A DNA stretch of 64,000 bases, taken from NCBI GenBank assembly GCA_043585115.1, contig CP121326.1, positions 370,618-434,617 of the forward strand. The letters run 5' to 3'. Below, one piece after another: positions 31,063 through 41,022 of the stretch; position 1 is the first letter of the stretch, and every line of letters starts with the position of its first letter. Both the position numbers and the translations under genes were made by a program. Source of the DNA: Marivita sp. Its GTDB lineage: Bacteria > Pseudomonadota > Alphaproteobacteria > Rhodobacterales > Rhodobacteraceae. Below the pieces are notes generated by a model. That model did no database searches. It saw nothing but the letters and a program-made list of their open reading frames with translations, and was not told where the DNA came from.

Positions 31063-31746
31063 TCAATCCTCGAACAATTCGGATTGCCCTTCTTCGGTTT
31101 CTTCCTCGGAATCAACATCGCCTTCGCCCATCTGGGGCATGCTGCCCGGCGGCGGCCGGTTTTCCAGCAAACCAGCGGCCCGCAATTCCTTGAGTCCCGG
31201 AAGGTCGCGCGCGGATTCGAGACCGAAATGGTCAAGGAAATCCTGCGTCACCACAAAGGTCACGGGACGGCCGGGCGTCATGCGGCGGCGGCCAAAGCGA
31301 ATCCACTCCATTTCCAAAAGCTGGTCCACGGTGCCCCGGCTGACCGAAACGCCGCGGATTTCTTCAATCTCGGCGCGGGTGACCGGTTGGTGATAGGCAA
31401 TGATTGCCAGCGTTTCGATGGCAGCACGGCTGAGTTTGCGGGTTTCGACCGTTTCCTTCTGCATCAGGAAACCCAAGTCGGGTGCGGTGCGGATGGCCCA
31501 TGCATCGCCCACCTTGACCACGTTCACCCCCCTGCCCTCATAACGTTTGCGCAGATAGACCAACGCCTCGGCGGCGTCCGACCCGTGCGGCATGCGGTCG
31601 TTCAATTCCTTGACCGTGACCGGTTCCGCCGTAGCGAACAATATGGCTTCGACCATGCGCTCCTGTTCGCCCATGGGCGGTGCCTCGAACAGGCTTTGTT
31701 CAATCTCGGTCTCGGCCTCGATTTCGGTGTCGGGTTGGTCGGTCAT
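31063..31746 (-). CDS. scpB: SMC-Scp complex subunit ScpB
   Basis: EAILFA, LSRAAIETLAIIAYHQPVTRAEIEEIRGV, FLDHFGL. Confidence 0.96.
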   Translation of the reverse strand: MTDQPDTEIEAETEIEQSLFEAPPMGEQERMVEAILFATAEPVTVKELNDRMPHGSDAAEALVYLRKRYEGRGVNVVKVGDAWAIRTAPDLGFLMQKETVETRKLSRAAIETLAIIAYHQPVTRAEIEEIRGVSVSRGTVDQLLEMEWIRFGRRRMTPGRPVTFVVTQDFLDHFGLESARDLPGLKELRAAGLLENRPPPGSMPQMGEGDVDSEEETEEGQSELFED

Positions 31747-32531
31747 CGCCCGTCTCTCCGGCGCAGTTCAATTGGCGCAAACGTATCAGATTGCCGAATT
31801 TCGACCTTGCCTTCCTTGGCCAACTCCAGCGAGGCCGCAAAGGTTGAGGCCGTCGCCGATCGCCAACGCACCGGGTCTGCATTCCAACCGTCGGGCATAT
31901 ATGTGGAAATGTCGGTCCACGTTCCGGCAAAGCCGATCAAACCGCGCATCCGTTCCAAGGCTTGTTCCATGGTAAACACCGCATCGCGGTCCATTACGAA
32001 GGGACGGAATTCGTCTTTGGTCCGGATACGGGCATAGCCCTGCATCAGGTCCAGAAGCGTCGCGGTGTACTCGACCTTGCGGACGCGTTCGACCTGCTGC
32101 GTCACGCCGCGGGCAAAGAAATCACGCCCCAACTGGTCGCGCGCCATCAGTTTTGCTGCGACGTCGCGCATGGCTTGCAAGCGTTCCAGTTGGAACGCCA
32201 GATGCGCGGCAAGGTCTTCGCCAGACGGTCCTTCTTCGGTCGGATCGGGTGGCAGCAAAAGACGCGACTTCAAAAAGGCCAGCCACGCTGCCATCACCAG
32301 ATAATCAGCGGCCAGCTCGATACGCAGGGCTTTGGCTTGCTCGACAAAGGCAAGGTATTGCTTGGCCAGTTGCAAAACCGAGATCTTGCGCAGATCGACC
32401 TTCTGCGTCCGGCTCAGTGTCAGCAAAAGATCAAGCGGCCCTTCAAAGCCGTCCACGTCTACTATCAGCGCTTCGGCTGCCAGACGGTCAGCGACCGACG
32501 GATCCGTACTGTCTGATATCGTGTTGTTCAT
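31743..32531 (-). CDS. scpA: Segregation and condensation protein A
   Basis: FEGPLDLLL, AADYLVMAAWLAFLKSRLLLP, FAASLELAK. Confidence 0.96.
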   Translation of the reverse strand: MNNTISDSTDPSVADRLAAEALIVDVDGFEGPLDLLLTLSRTQKVDLRKISVLQLAKQYLAFVEQAKALRIELAADYLVMAAWLAFLKSRLLLPPDPTEEGPSGEDLAAHLAFQLERLQAMRDVAAKLMARDQLGRDFFARGVTQQVERVRKVEYTATLLDLMQGYARIRTKDEFRPFVMDRDAVFTMEQALERMRGLIGFAGTWTDISTYMPDGWNADPVRWRSATASTFAASLELAKEGKVEIRQSDTFAPIELRRRDGR

Positions 32532-33541
32532 GCACTGCGCCCTTGCTCCAGTTCTGCAAGCTTGGCGGTGAGGGCTGCAATGTCAACATCTTGCGGCTGT
32601 GTGCGGCTGGCAATGGCCGCTTCGGCGCGCATTTGGCTGGCGTCGGGCATTGTGCCGACACGGTTCATCAGGGCAATCCGTTCGGGCAGATCGCCGTTGC
32701 AATGCAAGATCACATCGCAGCCCGCCTGCATTGACGCCGCGCCTCGGTCTGGCACGGTGCCTGACAAGGCCTGCATCGAGATATCGTCGGTCATCAAAAG
32801 GCCTGCAAACCCAAGGTCCTTGCGAATGCGCTGGATCATCGTCGGCGATGTGGTGGCGGGGCCGGTTTCGCCGAATGCACGATAGACCAGATGCGCTGTC
32901 ATCCCCATCGCAACATCGGAAAATGGCCGGAATGCTGCAAAATCGATCGCCGTCAAAACGTCTTCGGCCACGTCGATACGGGGAAGGTCAAGATGGCTGT
33001 CCATCTGCGCAAGGCCATGACCGGGAATGTGTTTAAGCACGGGAAACACGCCGCCGTCCAGATGGCCATGCACCACGGCACGTCCAATTTTTACCACTTG
33101 GTCAAGATCTGACCCATAGCACCGGTTGCGCAAAAACGGATGGGTTTCCGCGCGGGCGACATCCAGCATGGGCGCACAGTTGGCATCAATGCCCAGAGAC
33201 ATCAATTCATGTGCAATGATCCGGTAGCGCAGTCGCATCCCCTCTTCCGCGTTGGAGCCAAGCAGCTTGACATGATCAAGCGGTGGCAGCCATTCGGTGG
33301 CCAGTGGCGGACGAAGACGTTGAACGCGGCCGCCTTCCTGATCGATGAAGATCGGGGCGTTCCACCCCACGGTGTCGCGCAAGTCAGACGTCAAAGCGCG
33401 GATTTGATCGGGGTTTTCCAGATTGCGGTCAAACAGGATAAAGCCAAACGGATTGGCGTCCGCAAAAAACGCGCGCTCGTCTTGCGACAGGCGCGCGCCA
33501 TCGCAACCGAAAATGGCTGCTCCGAATGGCTGGTGGTTCAC
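32528..33541 (-). CDS. nagZ: Beta-N-acetylhexosaminidase (GH3)
   Basis: DQEGGRVQR, KHIPGHG...DSH, MTAH, TDDISM; GTG start overlaps the SPOR gene stop. Confidence 0.92.
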   Translation of the reverse strand: MNHQPFGAAIFGCDGARLSQDERAFFADANPFGFILFDRNLENPDQIRALTSDLRDTVGWNAPIFIDQEGGRVQRLRPPLATEWLPPLDHVKLLGSNAEEGMRLRYRIIAHELMSLGIDANCAPMLDVARAETHPFLRNRCYGSDLDQVVKIGRAVVHGHLDGGVFPVLKHIPGHGLAQMDSHLDLPRIDVAEDVLTAIDFAAFRPFSDVAMGMTAHLVYRAFGETGPATTSPTMIQRIRKDLGFAGLLMTDDISMQALSGTVPDRGAASMQAGCDVILHCNGDLPERIALMNRVGTMPDASQMRAEAAIASRTQPQDVDIAALTAKLAELEQGRSA

Positions 33542-34527
33542 CGGCTGACCACGGGAATACAATCCGCGCCTTCGGCAACCAAAGCTGCACAGAAGCGACG
33601 GGACTCGCTCAGGTCTGAAAACCCATGCGCCCGCAGGCGATAGAACACGCGGCCACCGGATGTGGCTTCTTCGATGACGCGCTCTTTTTCCTCAAGGTAT
33701 TCGCTAAAGCGGGCCTGTAGTTTGGTCCATTGTTCGCGGGCAATCTCGGGGCTGTCGAATGCGCCGAATTGCACAAGGCGGGTACCTGCCGGGATCTCGC
33801 TTGGGCTAAGCTCGGACCCGCCGATTTCGGTGGCTTGGGGCTGGGCGGGGACGGACAAGGATGCAAGCTGCAGATCCGATGGGCGTTTCGCCGGACGCAA
33901 GGAGCGGGACACACCGGGTACGGAGGCCGGAATGGTATTGCGCGCTGTTGCGACCACGTCTTCTGTAACGGCCGTGTCAAACACACCGGTTTCCGGTGCC
34001 GGCGCCACTTCGGTAAAGGGTTGCGCATTGGCGGCAATTTGATCGGCCAGAGCTTTGATAGGGTCGTCCGCGTCTGCGAGATCCGTGAGCGCCAAGGGCG
34101 GTGCTTCGGCGGTTGTGTCCTGGCGCAACGACGCGAGGGCCACCTCTTCGCGTTCGGTCAGATCAAGGTCACGCGTAGGGGCCGTGACAACAATATCTTC
34201 GTCGGTGATGTCCAGAGGTCTTGGAGCCAGCACGATCTGATCGGGTGGAGGAGCGGAAGCGCCTGTGCCCGCCACTTTGTTCACAGCCAGCCCTTCGTGA
34301 CGCGCGATCTGTCCACCCGGATTTTCAGGCGCGACGCGCATGGGGCCTTCAATGGCCTGAACAACCGGCACGCCCGACACGTCGCGCATGATCAGCCGAT
34401 ATCCCCAAACTGTCACACCAACAATCAACGCCAGTGACATGGCCGCGCCCAGCCAATTGGCTGTCGAGGCCAGGTTGCCCGACGTTCCTTCCCCGCGCGC
34501 GGGGCCCGTCATATGCATATTTGCCAT
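33538..34527 (-). CDS. SPOR domain cell-division protein (FtsN-like)
   Basis: N-terminal TM segment; C-terminal VQFGAFDS...FYRLRAHGF...FCAALVAEGADC. Confidence 0.88.
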   Translation of the reverse strand: MANMHMTGPARGEGTSGNLASTANWLGAAMSLALIVGVTVWGYRLIMRDVSGVPVVQAIEGPMRVAPENPGGQIARHEGLAVNKVAGTGASAPPPDQIVLAPRPLDITDEDIVVTAPTRDLDLTEREEVALASLRQDTTAEAPPLALTDLADADDPIKALADQIAANAQPFTEVAPAPETGVFDTAVTEDVVATARNTIPASVPGVSRSLRPAKRPSDLQLASLSVPAQPQATEIGGSELSPSEIPAGTRLVQFGAFDSPEIAREQWTKLQARFSEYLEEKERVIEEATSGGRVFYRLRAHGFSDLSESRRFCAALVAEGADCIPVVSR

Positions 34528-34601
34528 GTCCGCCTCATCTCCCGGCGGTCGTTGCCACCGGTGGTTTCTTGCCTTTGCCTCAGCCGGTCATGGCGCTTTT
34601 G

Positions 34602-36347
34602 TCAGCGCATTTCTTCGACCGGTGTAACGCCCAAGATACCAAGGCCTGCGGAAATAACAACAGAGACGGCCCTTGCGAGGGCGATTTTCGCCTGTGTGGC
34701 GTCGGTGTTGCCTTCCTGCAAAAAGCGCAGTTCGGGAACATCATTGCCCTTGTTGTAGAGCGCGTGCAGATCCGACGCGAGTTCATACAAGTAGAACGCC
34801 ACGCGATGCGGTTCGTTTGTGCGTGCAGCGATCTCGACCAGACGCGGCCATTCTGCCAGTTTGCGCGCCACGGCAAGTTCGCTGTCATGGGTCATATCGC
34901 CCAGATCAATCGCAGACAGCGTTGCATCATCGACATCGATCCCGGCCTCGCGCGCCTTGCGCAGCACAGAATGGACCCGCGCGTTGGCGTATTGGACATA
35001 GAACACCGGATTGTCCTTGGACTGCTCCAGCACCTTGTCGAAGTCAAAATCCAGCGGCGCGTCGTTTTTGCGGGTGAGCATGACAAAGCGGGTCACATCG
35101 GGACCAACTTCGGCCACCACATCACTGAGAGTGACAAATGTCCCTGCCCGCTTGGACATCTTGAACGGCTCACCATTCTTGAAGAGCTTTACCAACTGCG
35201 TGAGTTTGATGTCGAGCGGCGTTGCACCGTTTGACAATGCCGAGACAGCCGCCTTCATCCGTTTGACATAGCCGCCATGATCAGCCCCGAAGACGTCGAT
35301 CAAAAGATCATAGCCACGCTGCACCTTGTCATAATGGTACGCGATGTCGGGCGCGAAATAGGTCCATGACCCATCCGATTTCATGATCGGGCGATCCACG
35401 TCGTCGCCGTGTTCGGTGGATTTGAAAAGCGTTTGTTCACGCGGTTCCCAATCTTCCGGCTTTTTGCCTTTCGGCGGTTCAAGCACGCCGGTGTAGATAA
35501 GGCCCTTGTCGTCCAGATCCTTGATCGCCGCCTCGATCAGGCCAGTGCCATAGAGGGACTTTTCACTAAAGAACTTGTCCATCTCGACCCCGAGCGAGCC
35601 AAGGTCGGCCTTGATCAACATCATCATGGCGTCGGTCGAAAACTCGCGCACGTCCTTAAGCCAGACCTCTTCCGGCTGGCCGACATACGCGTCGCCTACT
35701 TTGTCTTTGAGCGCCTCGCCCACCGGAATCAGATAGTCTCCGGGATATGTACCGTCCTCGAATGCCACGTCTTGCCCATGTGCTTCGAGATACCGAAGGT
35801 AGACCGACCGAGCGAGCACATCGACCTGCGCGCCACCGTCGTTGATGTAGTATTCCCGCGTGACGTTATAGCCTGCATAATCCAGCAAGGATGCCAGCGC
35901 ATCGCCAAAGACCGCGCCGCGTGTGTGGCCCACATGTAGCGGGCCTGTGGGATTGGCGGAGACGTATTCAACGTTGACCTTTTTGCCCTGCCCCATGCCC
36001 GACTTGCCGTAATCGACGCCCTTGGTCAGAACCGCTTTGGGCAATTGTTGCCAGACCGAATTTGCGAGCCGCAGGTTCAAAAAGCCCGGACCGGCGACTT
36101 CGGCGCTCGACACGCGGCTGTCAGCCGCCAGCTTGGCCGAAAGCGCTTCGGCAATGTCGCGTGGTTTTGCGCCTGCGGGTTTCGCCAACACCATTGCGGC
36201 ATTGGTCGCCATGTCGCCATGCAGCGGGTCGCGCGGCGGCTCTACCGTTACGTTGGTAAAGTCCAGACCGTCGGGCAGCGCGCCTTCGGTCACCATCGCG
36301 TTGAGGCTGTCGATCACAAGCGCCCGGATATCGGAGAAGAGGTTCAT
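34602..36347 (-). CDS. argS: Arginine--tRNA ligase
   Basis: [38 protein letters not shown]. Confidence 0.98.
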   Translation of the reverse strand: MNLFSDIRALVIDSLNAMVTEGALPDGLDFTNVTVEPPRDPLHGDMATNAAMVLAKPAGAKPRDIAEALSAKLAADSRVSSAEVAGPGFLNLRLANSVWQQLPKAVLTKGVDYGKSGMGQGKKVNVEYVSANPTGPLHVGHTRGAVFGDALASLLDYAGYNVTREYYINDGGAQVDVLARSVYLRYLEAHGQDVAFEDGTYPGDYLIPVGEALKDKVGDAYVGQPEEVWLKDVREFSTDAMMMLIKADLGSLGVEMDKFFSEKSLYGTGLIEAAIKDLDDKGLIYTGVLEPPKGKKPEDWEPREQTLFKSTEHGDDVDRPIMKSDGSWTYFAPDIAYHYDKVQRGYDLLIDVFGADHGGYVKRMKAAVSALSNGATPLDIKLTQLVKLFKNGEPFKMSKRAGTFVTLSDVVAEVGPDVTRFVMLTRKNDAPLDFDFDKVLEQSKDNPVFYVQYANARVHSVLRKAREAGIDVDDATLSAIDLGDMTHDSELAVARKLAEWPRLVEIAARTNEPHRVAFYLYELASDLHALYNKGNDVPELRFLQEGNTDATQAKIALARAVSVVISAGLGILGVTPVEEMR

Positions 36348-36403
36348 GTCACACGTCCTTTGTTCGGGACGTCCTCTACCACCTTGGCGCGCGGCGTCAA
36401 ACC

Positions 36404-38233
36404 TCAGGCTTGTCCTTCTGCCTTGGCCCGGTGCTCTTTCATTGGCAGCATCGCGATCAGACGGGTGCCACGGGTGTCTTTCGGCGTGTCGTCAGGGCCA
36501 AGAATACGCAGCGTGCCGTTCGGACCGATATCTGCGATGGGGATGCCTTCGGGATGGGTGTCAAACCAGTCTTTGATGGTAAATTCGTCAGACAATGTGG
36601 TCGCGCGAAATTCCCAGCCGTCCCACATGCGGCGTTGCACCTGCCAATAGGTTTCGCCCGCACCGATATGCCGACCGCCCAGTTTGGGCGGCAGAACATA
36701 GCGCGCAGAATCGGACGTTTCCCGCGTCAGTTGGTACACGTTTTCGCGGCCAAATTCAGGCGCCAGATCGGTTGCGACAAGCGTGTTGTAGGCGTCATTG
36801 TCGGTGGCTGCGATTACGGTCTTGTAGGCCATCAGATCCAGACGGTGCTCTGCCCCTTCGGACAGAATGTCACCAGTGTAGATTTGCAATCCGGCTTCGC
36901 GGGCGTCGCGCAGATGGCTGCGGTTTGGATCTGAAATCATCACAGGCAAATCGAGCTTCTTCAGCAGCGATCCCAATTCGACGCTCCAGCGGTTGCCACC
37001 GACGATCAGCACGCCTGGTGTTGACGACGCCGTAAGGCCCAACAGCCCGGCAATGGGTTTAAGAGTAAAACCGTGCAGGACGACGGTGCCTGCCACAAGC
37101 GCAAAAGCCAGCGTCGAGATCTGTGCAGCGTCTTCAATTCCGGCTTGGACCAAACGGTCACCGAACAGCCCGGCCACCGCCACAAGCACCACCCCACGCG
37201 GACCGGTGAAGGCAACCAGCAGGCGTTCGGCCCAAGGAATATTGGAGAACGCCAACGAGATCAGAACCGTCAAAGGACGTGCAATCAGGATCACTGCGGC
37301 GACTGTGGCCACCGTTTGCCAGTTCATCGCCAGCAAGGTCTCGCGAGTCATGTTGGCGGCAAGCAGAATGAACACACCGGAAACCAGCAAGATCGTCGCA
37401 TGTTCCTTGAACCGGTGCATTTCCGAATGGCTTGGAAGATGGGCGTTGGCGATCCAAACCCCCATGATCGTGACAGCCAAAAGACCGCTCTCATGCAGCA
37501 ATGCGTCTGACGCCGCAAAGGTGACAAGCACACTGACGAACAGAACCGGCACCTTCATGTATTCCGGCACCCACCCGCTAGAGAAGGATTTGGCGATGCC
37601 CCACCCCGCAGCCAGACCAACAAGCGTGGCGACAACGATGCCAATGACAAGGGTCCAGATGGCCTCTTCGACCGTCGTTGCGGTCTGCCATACAAGAACG
37701 ACCTCGAATGCCAGCACTGCGGCCAAGGCACCTGCCGGGTCGTTTACAATCGCTTCCCATTGCAAAAGCGCTGCTGGTCGCCGTTTCAACCGCGCCTGCC
37801 GCAATAGCGGTGCGATGACGGTGGGTCCGGTGACGATCATGATACCGCCGAATACCGACGCGGTGGCCCAACTCAACCCGCCGACATAATGCAGGACCGA
37901 CGCGGACGCGAGCCAGCCAATCGGCCCACCGACGAGCACAAGGCGTTTGACCCCGACAGCCGCATCGCGCAGTGATTTGAAATTCAGCGTCAGACCACCT
38001 TCAAACAGGATGATGGCCACAGCAATGGCAACAATCGGTTGCAGCAAATCGCCCATGGCAACCGACGGGTCGAGAATACCAAAGACCGGCCCGACCATGA
38101 GGCCCGCCAAAAGCATCAGCACAATTGCAGGCAGGTTCAATCGCCATGCCAACCATTGCGCCCCGACACCCAAGGCGCCAACAAGGGCAAAAGCCGTGAC
38201 CGGGTTCATTCCGGCATCCGCAGGTGTTGCCAC
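36404..38233 (-). CDS. CPA1 cation:proton antiporter with a C-terminal KTN/TrkA-N-like domain
   Basis: [28 protein letters not shown]; about 12 TM segments followed by a soluble domain. Confidence 0.88.
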   Translation of the reverse strand: MATPADAGMNPVTAFALVGALGVGAQWLAWRLNLPAIVLMLLAGLMVGPVFGILDPSVAMGDLLQPIVAIAVAIILFEGGLTLNFKSLRDAAVGVKRLVLVGGPIGWLASASVLHYVGGLSWATASVFGGIMIVTGPTVIAPLLRQARLKRRPAALLQWEAIVNDPAGALAAVLAFEVVLVWQTATTVEEAIWTLVIGIVVATLVGLAAGWGIAKSFSSGWVPEYMKVPVLFVSVLVTFAASDALLHESGLLAVTIMGVWIANAHLPSHSEMHRFKEHATILLVSGVFILLAANMTRETLLAMNWQTVATVAAVILIARPLTVLISLAFSNIPWAERLLVAFTGPRGVVLVAVAGLFGDRLVQAGIEDAAQISTLAFALVAGTVVLHGFTLKPIAGLLGLTASSTPGVLIVGGNRWSVELGSLLKKLDLPVMISDPNRSHLRDAREAGLQIYTGDILSEGAEHRLDLMAYKTVIAATDNDAYNTLVATDLAPEFGRENVYQLTRETSDSARYVLPPKLGGRHIGAGETYWQVQRRMWDGWEFRATTLSDEFTIKDWFDTHPEGIPIADIGPNGTLRILGPDDTPKDTRGTRLIAMLPMKEHRAKAEGQA

Positions 38234-38245
38234 GTTATATTCCTT

Positions 38246-39406
38246 TTATGACCGCGCGGAAATCACGTCGGACCCCGTCAGTCGCGCATGCTCCTGAAGG
38301 GCGAACCGGTCGGTCATCCCAGCTATGTAATCCCCGACAAGCCGCGCGAGTTCCGCCTCGGAGCGAATTTCTGCAACGTCCTTGCGCCATTGTTTGGGAA
38401 GAAGCGACGGATCAGACATGAATAACGGGAACAATTCGTTGATGACCTTGGTCACCTGTGCCCGCATCTCGACAACGTCCGCTGCACGGTACATGCGGTG
38501 AAACAGGAAAGTTCGGATCACTTTGAGGTCAGCCCAAAGCGCTGGCGTAAATTGCACCATCATCTTGCCTGCCGCGCGGATGTCTTCGGGTGTTCCGGGA
38601 TCAAGCTCTGACAGGTTTTTCTGGGTCACGGTGATGACGTCACTGACCAGAATACCAAAAAACCGACGCAACGCCTCGTGACGGCGGCGGTAGTAGTTGA
38701 GATCAGGGTAAAGGCGATCCACCTCGGAAAAACAATCGCTTACGATGGGAAGTTCGGCCAGTTCGTCAGTCGAAAACAGCTCGGCGCGCAGGCCGTCATG
38801 CAGATCATGGTGATTATAGGCTATATCATCCGACAATGCGGCGACCTGCGCCTCGGCGCTGGCGTGGGTGTGCAATTCCAGATCGTGACGCGCGTTGTAA
38901 TCGGCCAATGCATGCGGAACTGGTTCGGCCACCGGCCCGTTGTGTTTGGCAATGCCTTCAAGGGTTTCCCAAGTGAGGTTCAAGCCATCAAAATCGGCAT
39001 AATGACGTTCCAGAGACGTCACAATTCGGATCGCCTGTGCGTTGTGATCAAAACCGCCATAGGGTTGCATCAGCGCATCCAACGCATCTTCGCCGGTATG
39101 GCCAAAGGGCGTGTGTCCCAGATCATGCGCCAGAGCAACGGCCTCGGTCAGTTCAAGGTCAAGGCCCAGAACTTTGGCTATGGTGCGCGCCACCTGACCG
39201 ACCTCAATGGAATGAGTCAGACGGGTTCGAAAATAATCGCCCTCATGCTCAATAAAGACCTGCGTCTTGTGTTTCAGTCGTCGAAACGCCGAGGCATGGA
39301 TAATGCGATCCCTGTCACGCTGAAAGCACGAGCGGAATTCGCTTTCCTCTTCCGGGTATAGCCTGCCGCGCGACTTGCGAGGGTCGCATGCATATTGCGC
39401 CGTCAT
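38246..39406 (-). CDS. dgt: Deoxyguanosinetriphosphate triphosphohydrolase
   Basis: FQRDRDRI, RLKHKTQV, TRLTHS, HDLGHTPFGH, DDIAY, YIAGMTD. Confidence 0.95.
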   Translation of the reverse strand: MTAQYACDPRKSRGRLYPEEESEFRSCFQRDRDRIIHASAFRRLKHKTQVFIEHEGDYFRTRLTHSIEVGQVARTIAKVLGLDLELTEAVALAHDLGHTPFGHTGEDALDALMQPYGGFDHNAQAIRIVTSLERHYADFDGLNLTWETLEGIAKHNGPVAEPVPHALADYNARHDLELHTHASAEAQVAALSDDIAYNHHDLHDGLRAELFSTDELAELPIVSDCFSEVDRLYPDLNYYRRRHEALRRFFGILVSDVITVTQKNLSELDPGTPEDIRAAGKMMVQFTPALWADLKVIRTFLFHRMYRAADVVEMRAQVTKVINELFPLFMSDPSLLPKQWRKDVAEIRSEAELARLVGDYIAGMTDRFALQEHARLTGSDVISARS

Positions 39407-39489
39407 GATCGACCGCCTGTTCTTGTTCCCTGTCCCGCCTGCCCTTATATTCAGGACAGACCACAAGTTAAAGCAAACCCGAGGGTGAC

Positions 39490-39813
39490 ATGCAGCTTCC
39501 ACCAAAAGTGACCGACCGAGCATTCGAGCGTTTGTCGGAGATTGGCGCCAGTGCCGAGGGCAAAGCCCTGCGCGTGGCCGTCGAAGGCGGAGGATGTTCG
39601 GGATTTCAGTACGAGATCAAGCTTGACGCCCCAGCGGACGACGACCTCGTACTTGAAGGTCAGGGCGAACGCGTGGTCGTGGATTCGGTGTCCTTGCCGT
39701 TTCTCGAAAACGCGGTGATCGACTTTTCCGAGGAACTGATCGGCGCGCGGTTTGTGATCGAAAATCCGAATGCCACATCCTCTTGCGGATGCGGCACCAG
39801 TTTTTCGATGTAG
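39490..39813 (+). CDS. erpA: Fe-S cluster insertion protein (HesB/IscA/ErpA)
   Basis: GGGCSGFQY and NPNATSSCGCGTSF. Confidence 0.88.
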   Translation: MQLPPKVTDRAFERLSEIGASAEGKALRVAVEGGGCSGFQYEIKLDAPADDDLVLEGQGERVVVDSVSLPFLENAVIDFSEELIGARFVIENPNATSSCGCGTSFSM

Positions 39814-39837
39814 GCCACCGAAACAGGCCTTTGGCAG

Positions 39838-40914
39838 CTAGTGGACGGTGGGCACCGTGTCCGCGCGGGCAAATCCGTGGAAGAAATCCTCGAAATGCTG
39901 TGACGACGTTTCTGCCTGCTCCAGCACGTGCATGGCTTCGGGTGACAGGGCATCTTCCATGTAAAGCCGCATCGAAAGCCAATCGCCGCTGCGCGCCCCG
40001 TCCAGCTTGTACATCGCTTCGGACATCTCGCGCATTGGCGTAGCACGGTTGACGCTGCGGTCAAAGCGCATGCGGTCATCGACAAAGCCCTTGTTAAAGG
40101 CGGTATGGCCGATCACGGATTGGTGCCAATTACACACGAGAAATTCGTGATAATCATCCTGCACGCTAACCGATGGCCCGTCTGTCACCGAAAACAATGC
40201 GGTCTCACGGCAAAGCCATTCTGTCCACAAGGCCGGCGGGGTATCACCCGCAAAGACCATCGCAATACAGATCTCGGACAGCAGGTCGGCATTTTGTTCG
40301 ATGAAGGCCAGCAAACCGGCAAAATGCAGGCTGCGTTTGGCAGTTGAATCAAGCTTGGGATCACGTCGACCATATTCACTGAGATAGAACACAAGGTGGG
40401 TCAGCTCGTATGCGGCTTTCTTATTCGGCAACGTAAAGGTCGCAGATCGGGCCATGAAACGGCGCACGCGGTCTTCCAATGACGTGTCAGTGCCAAGCGG
40501 TGTTTTGTTGCGGCGGGCAAACAGGCGCGCGGCTTCCATGCGTTGCAGGTCAGACAGTTCTGCTTGCGGCAGATCCTGTTCACAGGCCCAGGACACAAGC
40601 CTTTCGCCCTGATCACCGGGCATGCCGAGATCTTCGAGATCAAGAACGATGCCAAGAAAGAAGCGGTAATATTGCGGGAAAAAGCGCATCCGTTTTTCGA
40701 CGTTGGCGTAGAACGACGCATAGGTTTCAAGCGCTGCGTCGCCCGGCCGGGTTCCGGTTGCTTCTAGAATGTTCAGGATTTCGGCGTTTTCCTTGAGCCA
40801 AAATACGTCATCCACAACTCTGCGGTTCTGAGAAAAGCAGTTAAGAAGCGCGCTAATGCGCGCCTCTTTGGGGTTTGTCCGGGACGGTGGGGTGAGTTGA
40901 ATGACATTGCTCAT
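39838..40914 (-). CDS. Uncharacterised 358-aa protein; candidate peptide-modifying enzyme
   Basis: Start MSNVIQL after GAGG. Motifs FWLKENAE, FFPQYYRFFL, AYELTHLVFYLSEYG, DLLSE, DDYHE. Lies 108 bp downstream of the repeat-peptide gene on the same strand. Function is inferred only. Confidence 0.75.
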   Translation of the reverse strand: MSNVIQLTPPSRTNPKEARISALLNCFSQNRRVVDDVFWLKENAEILNILEATGTRPGDAALETYASFYANVEKRMRFFPQYYRFFLGIVLDLEDLGMPGDQGERLVSWACEQDLPQAELSDLQRMEAARLFARRNKTPLGTDTSLEDRVRRFMARSATFTLPNKKAAYELTHLVFYLSEYGRRDPKLDSTAKRSLHFAGLLAFIEQNADLLSEICIAMVFAGDTPPALWTEWLCRETALFSVTDGPSVSVQDDYHEFLVCNWHQSVIGHTAFNKGFVDDRMRFDRSVNRATPMREMSEAMYKLDGARSGDWLSMRLYMEDALSPEAMHVLEQAETSSQHFEDFFHGFARADTVPTVH

Positions 40915-41022
40915 GGTCCATACCTCTGTTTTTGGGGGGCGAAGAACGGAAGTCCGTCCCGGGTTGCTGTGCAGGCCGCGTTCCGATGAACCCCGTCGAA
41001 ACGAGCCCACCGGAAAGCGAGT

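Noticed and set aside
40975-41010. Hammerhead-like CCGATGA...CGAAAC between precursor and partner genes
   Set aside because: Core is CCGATGA rather than CTGATGA and no convincing flanking stems can be formed.
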